Position numbers and translations under genes: made by a program. Under the pieces are notes generated by a model that did not search any database, was not told the origin of the DNA, and was given only the letters and a program-made list of their open reading frames with translations. DNA of 54,216 nt, from positions 122,558,692-122,612,907 of the forward strand of contig NC_068982.1 of NCBI RefSeq assembly GCF_001194135.2. The letters are read 5' to 3'. Within the stretch, counting starts at the first letter, position 1. Every line of letters begins with the position of its first letter. Shown here piece after piece: positions 11,961 to 24,532 of this stretch. The DNA comes from Octopus bimaculoides. Taxonomy: Eukaryota.

Positions 11961-14210
11961 AAATACTATATATTCTAGGTGCTGGTTCCACATAAAAAGC
12001 ACTGGTGCTAGTGTCACGTAAAAAACAATGGTGCTGGTGGCCCATAAAGAGTAGAGGTGATGGTGTCACATAAAAAGCTCCCAATACACTCAGTAAAGCA
12101 ATTGGCATCAAGAAGGGCATCCAGCTGTAGAAACTGTGCCAAGACAGACAACGTTCATCTGTCTTTATGTTCTGAGTTCAAATTCCACCGCGGTCAACTT
12201 TGCCTTTCATTCTTTCTGGGTAGATGAAATAAATACCAGTTACGCACTGGGGTGAATGTAATCGACTTATCCTTTCCCCCAAATTTCAGGCCTTGTGCCT
12301 ATAGAAAAAAGGATTATATGTATGTTAGTTAAATATATATATGTTAGTGGATTAGTGGTGTCTTAACAATGTTTCATTTCATTGCTATATGGTAATATAG
12401 AGCTATCTATAATTTTTTTGGTTTTTTGGTCTTTTGTCCTAGGCACACATCTGGTAGTGGGGCTCTGGTGTGGATGTTCCAAGGTTCTGACAAGCATGGA
12501 ACACCCTCTTAGCCACTATTGTTCCTAAGCCTGCTTTGATCTGGAGTAGTAGCATCTGTCAGGGTCCTAGCTATAGGTTATTTAGTCTGTCACAGAATCA
12601 CCTTTGGAAGAAGAGCATCCAATTGGATAGAGGGAGTTGAGGTTTTTCAGTTCTTTAACTGTTCAAATAAGAGAAGGTAACTCCATAAAAATTTTGCATC
12701 TTGCTGTCATTAGGTTGCAGGTGCTTATTATAGAACATTTAAAAATAAAGTTGAGGAAATAGACCTCTACAGAAAATCCAGAGGAAAGGACTCGAAGACA
12801 GATATGTACAGTTATATTTAACCAATGTCTAGCATCTTATGTAATTCCATGGATGTTGAGAACATACTGACTTCTCTTTACTTTATAGTGTATCAATGAA
12901 TGGAGAAGTGATAAGTGTATTTTGGGTTAGGCACTTACTTCTGGAAACAGCTCAAGCACAGCAGAGGTAGCTAAGTTAACTGTATCTGCAATATCATTCA
13001 TTATCAACAAAACAGCTCAATCACAGGTTTTATCAGCCAATGCCACTTAGTCTGTGACTACTTATTTCATGCATTTCTGATTTTTAATTAATTTTTTAAT
13101 TGAGGCATCTTTGTATCTATGTAGTACAAACTACAAAGACTGTTTAATATGCATGTTAACATAACAAATATAAAATTATTTAATGTAAAGCTTTGTACAT
13201 ATATATTTAACACACTCAAACACGGAAAGACATTTGCTGTAGAACTTGTTTAAAGAAAAAACATTCTGCTTTAGATTATATGCATAAAAATAAATCAAGC
13301 TAGGCTCTTAATGGTGTCATAGAATTGTCTGACATGTTTCTGTGTAGTTATGCTTTATCAGTGACAGACATCACTTCAGCCCAATAAAATATATGTAAAC
13401 AACAAAAATACATTTGCTGGCATGTGCAAAGCTTGTCAAACAGGTATTAACTTACTATAAGCATACTAAGCAGTAGCAGCTTTAGTACATAAAGCTCTTT
13501 GTTACAGCTTTATCTTATTGATACATGAAGACAGAAAAATAAGAAATATTTATTCCTGTTAACTGAAGAAATTTTCTGAATTTTTTTAGAATTAGGATGA
13601 ATAATTTCTATGACAATGCATACAGCTCTCTGGCATACCATCTCCAGTCAAACCACCTAACTCATGTCAGCATGGAAAACAGACATTAAAAGATGATGAT
13701 GATGGTGATGACGATGGTGATGGTTATGGTGATGATGATGATGATGTTGAATTTTACATTCCATTACATTGTAATTTTTCTTAAAATTCTTTATATTTGA
13801 ATAAACTAATGTCCATAGATCGTTATCTGGATTTTTAAAAGGAAATAGATCTGAATAAATTATGTTTTAAATTTATTTTCAATTTCCCCTATATAATGCT
13901 TGTATAGTGAATTATCAGCAGTAAATACTTTTCTTCAGCAAACAATCAATTTGGAAAAACAAATTGTAAATGGACAATTTATGTGAATAAGACAGTTACC
14001 TGAATGGAAGTACTAGAATTAGAAAATTGTTACTGAATTTTACTACTGATATATGTTATTTCTGTCACAGAATTGTGTGAAATAACTGAAGCTAAATATA
14101 GCAATATTTCTATTAAATATTTTGTGATATTTGGATTCTTCATAAGTGTTTATCAAATAAATAGGAAGTTAATAAAAGACAGAAATGTTTAAAGTTATAT
14201 ATATATATAA

Positions 14211-14550
14211 CATCTTGCACTATGTTCTATTTTGTGAGAAATTTGATATATTTAATTTTCTCTTTTCACCTGGAGAAAATGGCTTTTTGCGTGAAGGACC
14301 ACTTTTGTTCAACAATAAAGAACACATCTGAAACAGCTGTATACACTGAAACTGTGTATTTATATATATACATACACACACACATATATAAACAATAACA
14401 CAGATGGGTTGCGGTTCACTACAGCTGTTTCAGATGTGTTCTTTATTGTTGAACAAAAGTGGTCCTTCACGCAAAAAGCCATTTTCTCCAGGTGAAAAGA
14501 GAAAATTAAATATATCAAATTTCTCACAAAATAGAACATAGTGCAAGATG
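14211..14550. repeat. Perfect 131-bp inverted repeat (14211-14341 / 14420-14550), 78-nt spacer
   Basis: I compared the arms base by base and found no mismatches. Confidence 0.95.
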
Positions 14551-14853
14551 ACCCAACCAATCAGGTTACAGCCGGGAGAGTAAATAGCTGAAGCTATTAC
14601 TAAGTTTATATTAATGAAATTGTTATAGGGACCAGAATATCGGAAGGAAGTAGAGGGAGAAATAGAAAGAAAGAGATGGAGAGGGGAAAGAAAGGGCAAA
14701 TAGAGGGGAAAGTATGAGAAAGTTCGCCATCTTGCACTATGTTCTATTTTGTGGGAAATTCTTTTTTCACCCGCAAGAAACAGTTTTTGTTCATCAATAA
14801 AGAATGTTGTCTGATACAGCTGTAGTGAACTGCAACCCATCTGTGTTATTGTT
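14391..14853. mobile_element. MITE with long imperfect TIRs, TA-flanked
   Basis: 14391-14550 is the imperfect reverse complement of 14728-14853 (AACAATAACACAGATGGGTTGC... / ...GCAACCCATCTGTGTTATTGTT), with TA on both flanks. Confidence 0.8.
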
Positions 14854-15105
14854 TATTCTTCATCTAACTTGGAAACTTCTATACATTTGGAACTGGAGTT
14901 TATAGTTGATGAATGACTTTGATGACATGTGTATTCTGTCAGTACTTGTGGATGTGTGCATAACTGGAAGGACAAATACGGATTAACTTTCGTAAGTATG
15001 TATATGCCAATATACATTGTTGGTACACAAGTGCGCCATCCCCAACTCTACTTTGGTGCTTTTACTATTTAAATACTTGATTTTTCTATCAAATCCTAAA
15101 AATTT

Positions 15106-15140
<35 letters not shown>

Positions 15141-15751
15141 NNNNNNNNNNNNNNNNNNNNNNNNNNNNNNNNNNNNNNNNNNNNNNNNNNNNNNNNNNNN
15201 NNNNNNNNNNNNNNNNNNNNNNNNNNNNNNNNNNNNNNNNNNNNNNNNNNNNNNNNNNNNNNNNNNNNNNNNNNNNNNNNNNNNNNNNNNNNNNNNNNNN
15301 NNNNNNNNNNNTTGGGCGAGTGTCTTCTACTATAGCCTCGAGTCGACCAAAGCCTTGTGAGTGGATTTGGTCAATGGAAACTGAAAGAAGCCCGACTGGT
15401 GCAGCCTTCTGGCTCGCCAGTCCTCAGTCAAACCATCCAACCCATGCCAGCATGGAAAGCGGACATTAAACGATGACGACGATGATGATGATATATATGT
15501 ACATACATATTTCACTCACCCAACCCCCAACAATCCAATCTACATCCCCACATCTCTTCTCTTCCTCACATTTCCTCCTTTATGCACTATGCTTAGCTCT
15601 CACTCTCCAATCCTGTCCTTATGGTCCTGTTTTTCTGTATCACTGCTATCTGGTAGCCCTGCCCCCCACTCTATATACCCAGGTTTTCACCACTCACTGC
15701 ATTCCCCTCCCTTCTCTCTAATCACACTTCTTTGACAATGTCCTGCCATTT

Positions 15752-15955
15752 ATAAGGCGGCTAGCTGGCAGAAACATTAGCACGCCAGATGAAATGCTTA
15801 GCAGTATTTTGTCTGTCTTTACGTTCTGAGTTCAAATTCTACCGAGGCCAACTTTGCCTTTCATCCTTTCAGAGTCGATAAATTAAGTACCAGTTGCATA
15901 CTGAGGTCGGTGTAATCCAAAAAATTTCAGGCCTTGTGCCTAGAGTAGAAAAGAA
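15752..15955 (+). mobile_element. SINE family A
   Basis: Same head, B box (GAGTTCAAATTC) and GGCCTTGTGCC tail. Confidence 0.85.
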
Positions 15956-16049
15956 TGTCCTGCCACTTATATTATGACTGCCGAACCTTAAGGGTATGCC
16001 TTGACACTTGCCACCATTTATATTTCTCTCTTCCTTTGCTCGACCATCC

Positions 16050-16288
16050 CATTCATTATTTACATTATTTACAATTGACGGATATTTGTCCTCATCTTGT
16101 TTGTTGTTAACACTACATTTCGGCTGATATACCCTTCAGCTTTCATCAGGTGTCTTGGGGAAATTTGGAACCTGGGTTCTCATTCCTAAGGTATCTTTTG
16201 ATGTTGTTATTCAAGTCACAGCCTGGAATCAAACTCGGAATCTTGGGGTTAGTAGCCCACGCTCTTAACCACTATGCCATATGCCCGT
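16050..16288 (-). mobile_element. tRNA-headed SINE-like element containing a minimal hammerhead-ribozyme motif
   Basis: Minus strand: A box TGGCATAGTGG, B-box-like GAGTTTGATTCC, then GACAC-CTGATGA-A-A-GCTGA(loop)TCAGC-C-GAA-ATGT-A-GTGTT at 16154-16109. Confidence 0.7.
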
Positions 16289-16819
16289 CCCTTGTGAGTA
16301 TGCCCAGCACTTTGTCAAAGTCTCTATCCTGCAGTTTCCCACTCTTTCTATTCTTCTCCTGCTCAGGTTGGGTAACCATGTATCTCCTTTACAGCAGCAC
16401 ACCTCACCTGTTTCTATCCTCATTCCTGATCTCTCTCTCTCTTTGGCCAGGTAATCTTGTACCTCCTCTAAAGCAAGACACCTGTTTCTGTCTCTCCATC
16501 TCACTATAACTTTCCATCATCTGACACAAGATCATCTCCTCCAATGCCCCCTCCCATCTTAAAAGACTTTTGTCTTGCAAGTTACTTGGTGACCCTGTCA
16601 GTGCAGGTGCCACTTAAAAAGCATCCAGTCTACACTATAAAGTGGTTGACGTTTGGAAGGGCATCCAGCAGTATAAAACTTACCAAAACTGACTGCGCCT
16701 GTGCTCCTGCTTAGCCGGCTCCTGCCTAGCTGGCTTCTTCCTAGCTCGTTCCTTAAATGATGATGATGATGATGATCTATATATATATATATATATATGT
16801 GTGTGCTAGGCCTGCCTTA

Positions 16820-17002
16820 CTGGCTCCTGTGCCAGTGGGACGTAAAAAGCACCCACTACACTCTTGGAGTGGTTGGCATTAGGAAGGGCATCCAGCTGTA
16901 GAAACTCTGCCGACCCAGACTGAAGTCTGGCACAACCGCTGGCTCTCCAGACCTCAGTCAAACCATCCAACCCATGCCAGCATGGAAAATGGATGTTAAT
17001 CA

Positions 17003-17040
<38 letters not shown>
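16820..17040 (+). mobile_element. SINE family C / RTE-type 3' tail ending in (GAT)n
   Basis: AGGAAGGGCATCCAGCTGTAGAAAC...CCATCCAACCCATGCCAGCATGGAAAA...(GAT)n. Other copies at about 7627-7775, 10385-10660, 11978-12150, 13625-13745, 15400-15492, 16595-16770, 26645-26950(-) and 30505-30692. The 7627 copy directly follows the RTE RT fragment. Confidence 0.8.
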
Positions 17041-17280
17041 ATACTTATATTGAGACTAAATGAAGCGTTTAACTAAATGATTTTTTATTTTCGGTTTTCA
17101 CATATCTGAAAATTGATATAACTATATGACTAATTTTATTTTTAAAGGCATCTTGTTGTAACTCACTCACTCTTCCACACACACGCACGCGCGTGCACAT
17201 AAGTATGTTTGTATGACATGTGTGCTTCTCTTGGACTCTGCTTCTTCCCCACTCTTCCTTCTCTCTAGACTTTTTTTTTT

Positions 17281-17310
17281 CTGATGAAGAGCCATACCCG
17301 AAACGTCACT
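17281..17310 (+). ncRNA. Degenerate minimal hammerhead core (Penelope-type terminus)
   Basis: CTGATGA-A-GAG-CCATA-CCC-GAA-ACGT-C. Palindromic ACGT stem III and a GUC triplet are present; stem I is not supported. Confidence 0.45.
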
Positions 17311-17454
17311 CCTATTTCTCCATCTAAAACTTTCCCTGAACCTCAACCTAATATATCCACTGTGTACGTTTCACTGACTTTTGTTGTTTTTTTTCTAGAT
17401 TTTCAGTTTTGATTTGCATCTATCTATCTATCTATCTCTTTCCCCCCCTCTCTT

Positions 17455-17487
<33 letters not shown>

Positions 17488-17904
17488 GCACACATACACA
17501 TACATATTTGTATGCGTACATATTAGGTAATATTCTATTAGTGCGCTCCGTATACATAGTGCGTGGAATATTTTTCGATCGATCATCATGCATCAGATGG
17601 ATGGGGTGCTAAACATCCAGCCAAGGTCTCTTTTACTATCTGTCTTTCTATTCATTCCAATCGGATAGTTAGTCAGTCAGTCAGTCATTCTACCAGTTAA
17701 ATTGCCAGTTGTTGGTTGCTGCTGCAAGATAAATTTTCTTTCCCGCTTTCGTATCAAAATAATTGGTTACGACATTGAAACAGTACTGAGCTGCTTGCAG
17801 AACCGACTGTTTATACGCTTCAATGGCGGCATCGTTATTACCATCGTCATCCACAATAATATTGATATTACTTTTCATCATCTATTAACGTGTTCTCATC
17901 TACC

Positions 17905-18189
17905 TTAACTACCAGCTAAGAACAGGAAACAAGTTTTTTTTCTACAAAATATCAACACTATAATTCTCTGTTTGTTGTCATGTCCATCATATAAACTGAT
18001 GAACTGCTTTCGTTTTTCTGGTATTTCATTTTCTTCTCTGTGAATGACAACATGTAGATGTTGTCTAGTGGTAGCTAATATTAACAGAACAAGATAAATA
18101 ATCGGTTTTGTAGCTAGTTCACTGACATCCATCCGAACAATTTTAATACTGCGAATAAGACTAAGATATCGACTGCTGCTTCTTGCCAT
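17905..18189 (-). other. Unassigned 94-codon ORF divergent from UNC80 (candidate first exon, small ORF or lncRNA)
   Basis: ACAAAATGG start context in non-repetitive, CpG-containing sequence. No homology that I recognise. Confidence 0.25.
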
Positions 18190-18199
18190 TTTGTCTACT

Positions 18200-18834
18200 T
18201 CTTTATTCTACGGCCGCAGCAACAGTTCTTGTGTGCGTATGGGTGCAAGTATGTATGTGTGCATGTATGTAATATGAGTGAGTGCCAAGCTTATTATTGC
18301 TCCCACTTCCAGTTTTCAACTTTCTGTTAGAGTGAGAAGGAAAAATTTAGCAAGTGATAAAAAAAACAAAACAAAGTGGATGGTTACTTCTCAGCAATAT
18401 CAAATCTATTCATGTGAAAATGACAGTAGTTTTGCGGAAAATAAATAAACAGAACGAGTAACAACAAAAGGCGTTGTTTAACCTAACAAATTTTCCATAT
18501 AATTTTTCAATCGGGAACCACCACCACCGCCGCCGCCACCACTGCTACCTCTACCACCATCACCATAACATCAAATCAACAGTTCCAACCGTTTATATAA
18601 CAAATGCGCTACACACCCTGACATCAGATGTATTTCCTAAATCTCAATTCCGTATTCTCTTCTGGCGAATTCTTCGGGAATTTATTAACAAGTCTTTGAT
18701 TAACGATGTCGACTCGAAAGAAACGTTGGATTATTTCTATATATTCTCTTCGTATATTTTATTAGTAGTTAAATGTCTAAGTAATGGCACCACATACATC
18801 ATCGGTCAGTTGGCCATAGGGTGCCATTCTGTTA

Positions 18835-18890
<56 letters not shown>

Positions 18891-18905
18891 GAAGTAGTGT
18901 GAAAA
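18200..18905 (+). promoter_or_regulatory. Probable UNC80 promoter/5' UTR with CCA/CCG triplet tract (18517-18566) and (TA)n (18838-18886)
   Basis: Stretch free of recognisable TE copies and relatively CpG-rich, directly upstream of the start codon. The TSS cannot be located from sequence. Confidence 0.5.
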
Positions 18906-18991
18906 ATGCCTAAACGAAAGTTTGGAAATGGCGTGGACTATGATCATTCCATACCTTTGCCCATTCAGTCCTTCTTCTGGCGCCAGACAAG
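18906..18991 (+). CDS. UNC80: UNC80 coding exon 1 (MPKRKFGNGVDYDHSIPLPIQSFFWRQT + AG, phase 2)
   Basis: ATG at 18906 in AAAATG context with an in-frame upstream TGA (18900-18902). The peptide matches the UNC80 N-terminus as I recall it (human MVKRK...GIPLPIQTFLWRQTS). Canonical donor AG|GTAAGC at 18992. Confidence 0.93.
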
Positions 18992-20732
18992 GTAAGCTGA
19001 CTTTCACCTGTAATTTTCACACGCACTTAGATTGTATGTATGTATGTATGTATTGACATGTGTGTGTAGGTATCGTGGTGTGTAGTTCACTTTCGCTTCA
19101 ATTGTTTTAAAGAATCTATCTACTAGAAAACCACGCAATTTGACCAGCAAGAGTTACCAAAACTACAAGCCCACCCCTTCCACTATTAAGACAACCACGC
19201 CATTCCATAATTTAGCCTAATTCTAATTGATACATTTCAGACCATTTACATACCTTAAGAAACCAACCTGCAGCTTCGACTTAAAACTGTCTAAAAGCTT
19301 TCCCTACGTTCTGATATTGCACTGTCTCGTGAAGAGATTTCATAATTTTCCTGTCCCCCACCCTTTTCACAAAGTATCCATCTATCTATCTATCTATCTA
19401 TCAAAAAGAGTGTGTGTGTATACAGAGAGAACAGTTACGCATATATTGTTTAGTATCCCGTGTCTGCTTCTTTTGTTCTTATAGATTAAATAAAAAATGC
19501 TGCTATTTAATTTGTACAAAGATACATCTAATGCATAATAACACCTCCGCATATACATTAAACACGGAAGAATCGTAGCAATCTATACACTTCTCCATTC
19601 AAACGTAATTCGTAATACTAAATCTATTTCTCATCCACCTTTTATCAATGAACTCATCGAACCGCTTAAGTTTGTTACCATTAAAAGACTACGAATTATA
19701 TTTCGCTCCCAGGTGTTCTATCTATTCCGTAATATTGAAAAGTTCACGAAATTTTTTATACTGACAATGTGTTTATAATGCTCTTCCTTTTTTCTCTTTC
19801 ACCTTTCCCGTAATTTTTCATGTTTATTTGTAATTTTAATTAAATTTAGTCAGTATATCTGGAAATAATAATAAATAGACTCGTTAGTGAATATCCAATG
19901 CATCGTACATATTTATATGTGTACATGTGTACGATAATGATGTATATACAGATACAACAGTATGTGTATATACACAGTTACTCATTAGTATGTACTTGAT
20001 TTTAGAATATACATGCACTCTTATATATGAATATGTGTGTACTCGGATATATATTTAATTTCAACTTTTACATTGATATTTCTAATCTGAATGAATTAAA
20101 GATTTGCAAATTCATGCGTTTCCATGTGTTCTCCAAAAACGAACCTTTAAAAGTTGAATAACCTTCTCGTGTACTAACTCTAATTATAAAGGAATTCGAT
20201 GTTTCTTTTCCTGTTTGGCAGTCAGATGTAATTTATCTTCTTCAAGGTTTAATGCATTTCCTGGCAAGTTAAAACGACATATATGTATATTGTTTTTTTT
20301 TCTTATTCTTTTTTTCCTTACTTTTAAATTCACCCGACTTTCTTCGAAATCTCTCATTGAAATTTAGACAGTAATATGTCTATAAATTTCAAAAAAAGAG
20401 TAAGAGACAGCCATCAGGATATCTTATAAAAGAAATATTAAAATATTCTTGATCCAGAATCTTATAGAAAGTGCCATGTTTATGTAAAGGACACATGCTA
20501 AGCTTCAGAAATATCTTACATATTTTTACCATTTACTTACAGATCCTTACCCTGCATTATGTTTGTTGTCTTACAATCTCAGCCTTTTAAGGTGGCTAAT
20601 TAAACATTTGGTATTATAAAAAAAAAGGACACAAGCAATTAATTATGGATAAAAATACGAACTTATTTAATCTGAGTTTGAAACCTAGGGTCTGCTGTAA
20701 CTTCACTTTTGCAGATTCTTCTACTATTCTTC

Positions 20733-20978
20733 TACTTGTTTCAGTCATTTGACTGCAGCCATGCTGGAGCACTGCCTTTAGTCAAACAAATCGACCCCAG
20801 GACTTATTCTTTGTAAGCCTAGTAGTTATTCTATCGGTTTCTTTTGCCAAACCGCTAGGTTACGGAGATGTCAACTCACCAACATCGGTTGTCAAGCGAT
20901 GGTGAGGGGACAAACAGAGACACACATATGTATATATATATATATATATATATACATATGTATATGTATATATGTATG

Positions 20979-21060
<82 letters not shown>

Positions 21061-21140
21061 ACAGGTTTCTTTCAGTTTCCGTCCACCAAATCCACTCGCA
21101 AGGCTATTGCAGAAGACACTTGCCCAAGGTGCCATGCAAG
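20733..21140 (-). mobile_element. SINE family B with expanded internal (TA)/(CT) microsatellites
   Basis: Reverse complement of the family tail (20733-20925) and head part (21060-21140). Confidence 0.8.
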
Positions 21141-21619
21141 CTTTTTACCGCACAGCTACTCGTTTGTTATATTTCAAACACAACTCCCATCACTATACAA
21201 TTTTTTTCTTTTACTTCTTCGATGATTATGTCAGGGCTATTGTACTTGCATTAGATGGAAAATTGGATCCGATATATTCCAATTTGCTTTATATTAAAAT
21301 GCAGATTATAATAGTATTTTCGATACACTAGATCCATCTTTGCTATGTATGTTGGTTTGGCAATAACATTCATGCTTAATAAGAAGATAATATATTACTA
21401 ATATAACTTATAGGTCTTATGCCCTTTACACAAACATGGCACAAATGTCATTTTCTATTATATAGGTACCACAATATCTTGTATAAAATATTCATTCAAA
21501 ATATGACATCTATGTATGAACATACTCATGCATAGTCATCACCCACAAGTGAGTGTGATACCCTTGTGTTCCTCCCATCCTCGACCCAGTGGAATATCAA
21601 GAATGTGATAGCTTTTATC

Positions 21620-22010
21620 TTTTCCTAGTTTCAGTAATTAGACTGCAGCCATGCTGGGGCACTGCCTTGAACAATTTTTAGTTGAATGAATCAACCCCAG
21701 TACTTATTTTTTAAAGTCTGGTACTTATTCTATTGAACTCTTTTGCCAAACCTCTAAGTTACAGAAACTCAAACACACCAACACTGGCTGTCATGCAGTG
21801 GTAGGGAGCAAACACAGCTGCAAAGACACACACATTGATATACATCTATGACAGGCTTCTTCCACTTTCCGTCTACCAAATTCACTCACAAGGCTTTGGT
21901 TGGCGTGAAGCTATACTAGAAGATACTTGCCCAAGGTGCCATACAGTAGGACTGAACCTGGAATCACGTGACTGGAAAACAAATGTCTTACCACACAGCC
22001 ATGCCTGATG
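21620..22010 (-). mobile_element. SINE family B
   Basis: Full head and tail on the minus strand. Confidence 0.8.
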
Positions 22011-24532
22011 GCTGTGCTAGCTCTCAGATGATACTCAATTTCAGCTGTGTAGACTTTCACAACATACCACCTAATCCAGGAAACAAACCTGCAATCCTGC
22101 GATGATGAAGCCAACAACAACATCCTAAGCTCTAGATAATGCACCTTTACTTATATTTATATACATTTGTAAACACAGATAGAGGTGCTTAAAAACCAGA
22201 TATCAGGTTTTATTTAAAATTATATGAATACTAGTTTCATTATAAACTCTTCTTCCACTCTAGATTTCCATAAATACTGGCATTTAGCTTTAGTTTCATG
22301 GATTTAATAGGCTGCAAAATAAATCACTCACTAGACAGGACAACAGTCAGTTTCCCGTGATATTCCTTGAAGATTTGATACCTATTCTCTACATGTAAAG
22401 GTCTGATGGTTGGGTGGATAAGATCTTGAAGTACTTGGAATTAGTTACAAGTTTAAATCTTGCTGCAGGCATTTCATTTTAGTTCAGGGTAGAACACTTT
22501 ATTTTACATTGCCTCAGTTCACATGTCAGCAATAAATATTTGGGAGTAGCTAGGAGATAAAAAGAATATTTATTTCTCTTTCACTTCATTCCTTTGTGGG
22601 GTCACTCAACTTGCTAAAAATAGCATTCAAAACTCATGTCACAACTTACTTGTTAAAATAAGGTAGATATGCTGAATAATTCTTTGAAAATCTGATGCCT
22701 ATTCCTTATATATCGGGGCTAGATGATTAAGTAGATATGATATTAGACTATTTGCTCATTGTTTGAGAATTTAAATCTCATGCAGGCATTTATTTTATTT
22801 CTGGACAGAAGGCTACCTCAGTTCATCTATCACAAATAGGTACCAAATCATCTTGGAATATTATCTATAACAAATTACTGTCCTTTCTAAGCAAGAGTGG
22901 AGATAGAGGAAAGATGGATCTCTTCATTCCTTGTCTTTGTGGCTCTTTCAACCTGCTAAAAATAGCACCCAAATCTCTTTCATATTACACTCTATTGCAA
23001 TGTTTGTCTAATCTTTTTGACTACCATTCCTCTTTCCCTTCTTTCTTTTGCTAACACTCTTTTAATACTCCTTTGCAGCCAACTAATTCATCACCATTAA
23101 AAGAGCACCTGCACATAAGTCATTTCATCAATATGATTCAAGGTGACTGAACTGTTAGCATGCCAGGCAAAATCCTTAACTGCATTTCATCTGTTTGTAC
23201 ATTATGAGTTCAACATCTGTGAGGGTTCAACTTTGCCTGTCATACTTACATACATACATACCTACCAACATATATGCATGCAGACATACATACATACATA
23301 CATACATACATACATACATACATACATACATAAAATATTAGTTAAAGAATAAAAAGACTGGGTTAACGACTCAACATATCACACCCCCTCAATGAACATA
23401 TATAAGAAATACAGCATAATCCGTCAAACATAAGGAATAAGAAGAAATAACGCAAGAAGAAATAATAAATAAATAAAAAATATAGCATATAATATAAAAT
23501 TTTTATACACGAATATGTTGTTTCAACTGATAACATGGAACTGAAAAAAATTGAGTTAAAGGTATAATACAATACACGTGAATATCATTTCATAGAAGTT
23601 AAAAAAGTTAAAATTAATACGAATAAAAATTAATACGAATGAAAGGAGTAAAAATTTCAAATACATAATATAATAATATAATATAATATAATATAATATA
23701 AGTCGATATAGAAAAAAGTAAAATAAAATGAAATGAAGAAATGAGGTACCATAAAGTAGTCTATCGGTTGAAAAATAAGGACAGAAGTGATTTAACACCA
23801 TTTAGAATTAAAGTTCAAAGTTCTTCAACTCCCTCGGACACATTTCACAACTCAAAACCCAATAGACACCAAAAGGCAAGTTTGCACCAATTCAGCACAC
23901 ACAAGAGCGAACAGGCACTCAGCAGGTATCAGCAGGCAAAAGTTCAATTCCGCTCACCATGTCCAAAAGAGGTTCACCACACATGAGTCAAAAACAATTA
24001 CAGCACACCGCATACATACATACATACATACATACATACATACATACATACATACAAACAATGGCTTCTATACTGTTTCTATCTACCAAATTCGTTCATT
24101 AGGTTTTAGTCAGCCCTGGGCTATAGTAAAATACACTTGCCCAAGGTGCTGTGCTTTGAGACTGAACCCCAAACCACATGGTTACAAAGTGAGCTTCTTA
24201 ACTACACATCCATTCCTGTGTCTAAAATCATCAAATGCATCGGCTGCTAGGGAGGAAACTGTGTTCACCATTGTCTAAAGAAAAAGAGGGTTATCATAAC
24301 CAGAAGCCTGTCCATTCTGGGCTGGAATGATGTTAAACGCCAACACAGGGTCAGAGCACTTTCTCTTTAAAGATATTTTATGCTTTGAAGATATTTGCAA
24401 AATATGAGTTAAGTCCAACAATACTTCATCCACTTCACCTTTACTCTCCCCTATTACGCATATGTTGCTAAATATTAATCTCTTGCATGGATTCTGTAGT
24501 TAAATATCTTATTCATTTTACATTTTTTACAG

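Noticed and set aside
22450-22990. Two similar segments of about 200 bp in tandem
   Set aside because: They are diverged copies of another common interspersed repeat (related pieces near 47.3 and 49.7 kb), with no unusual structure.
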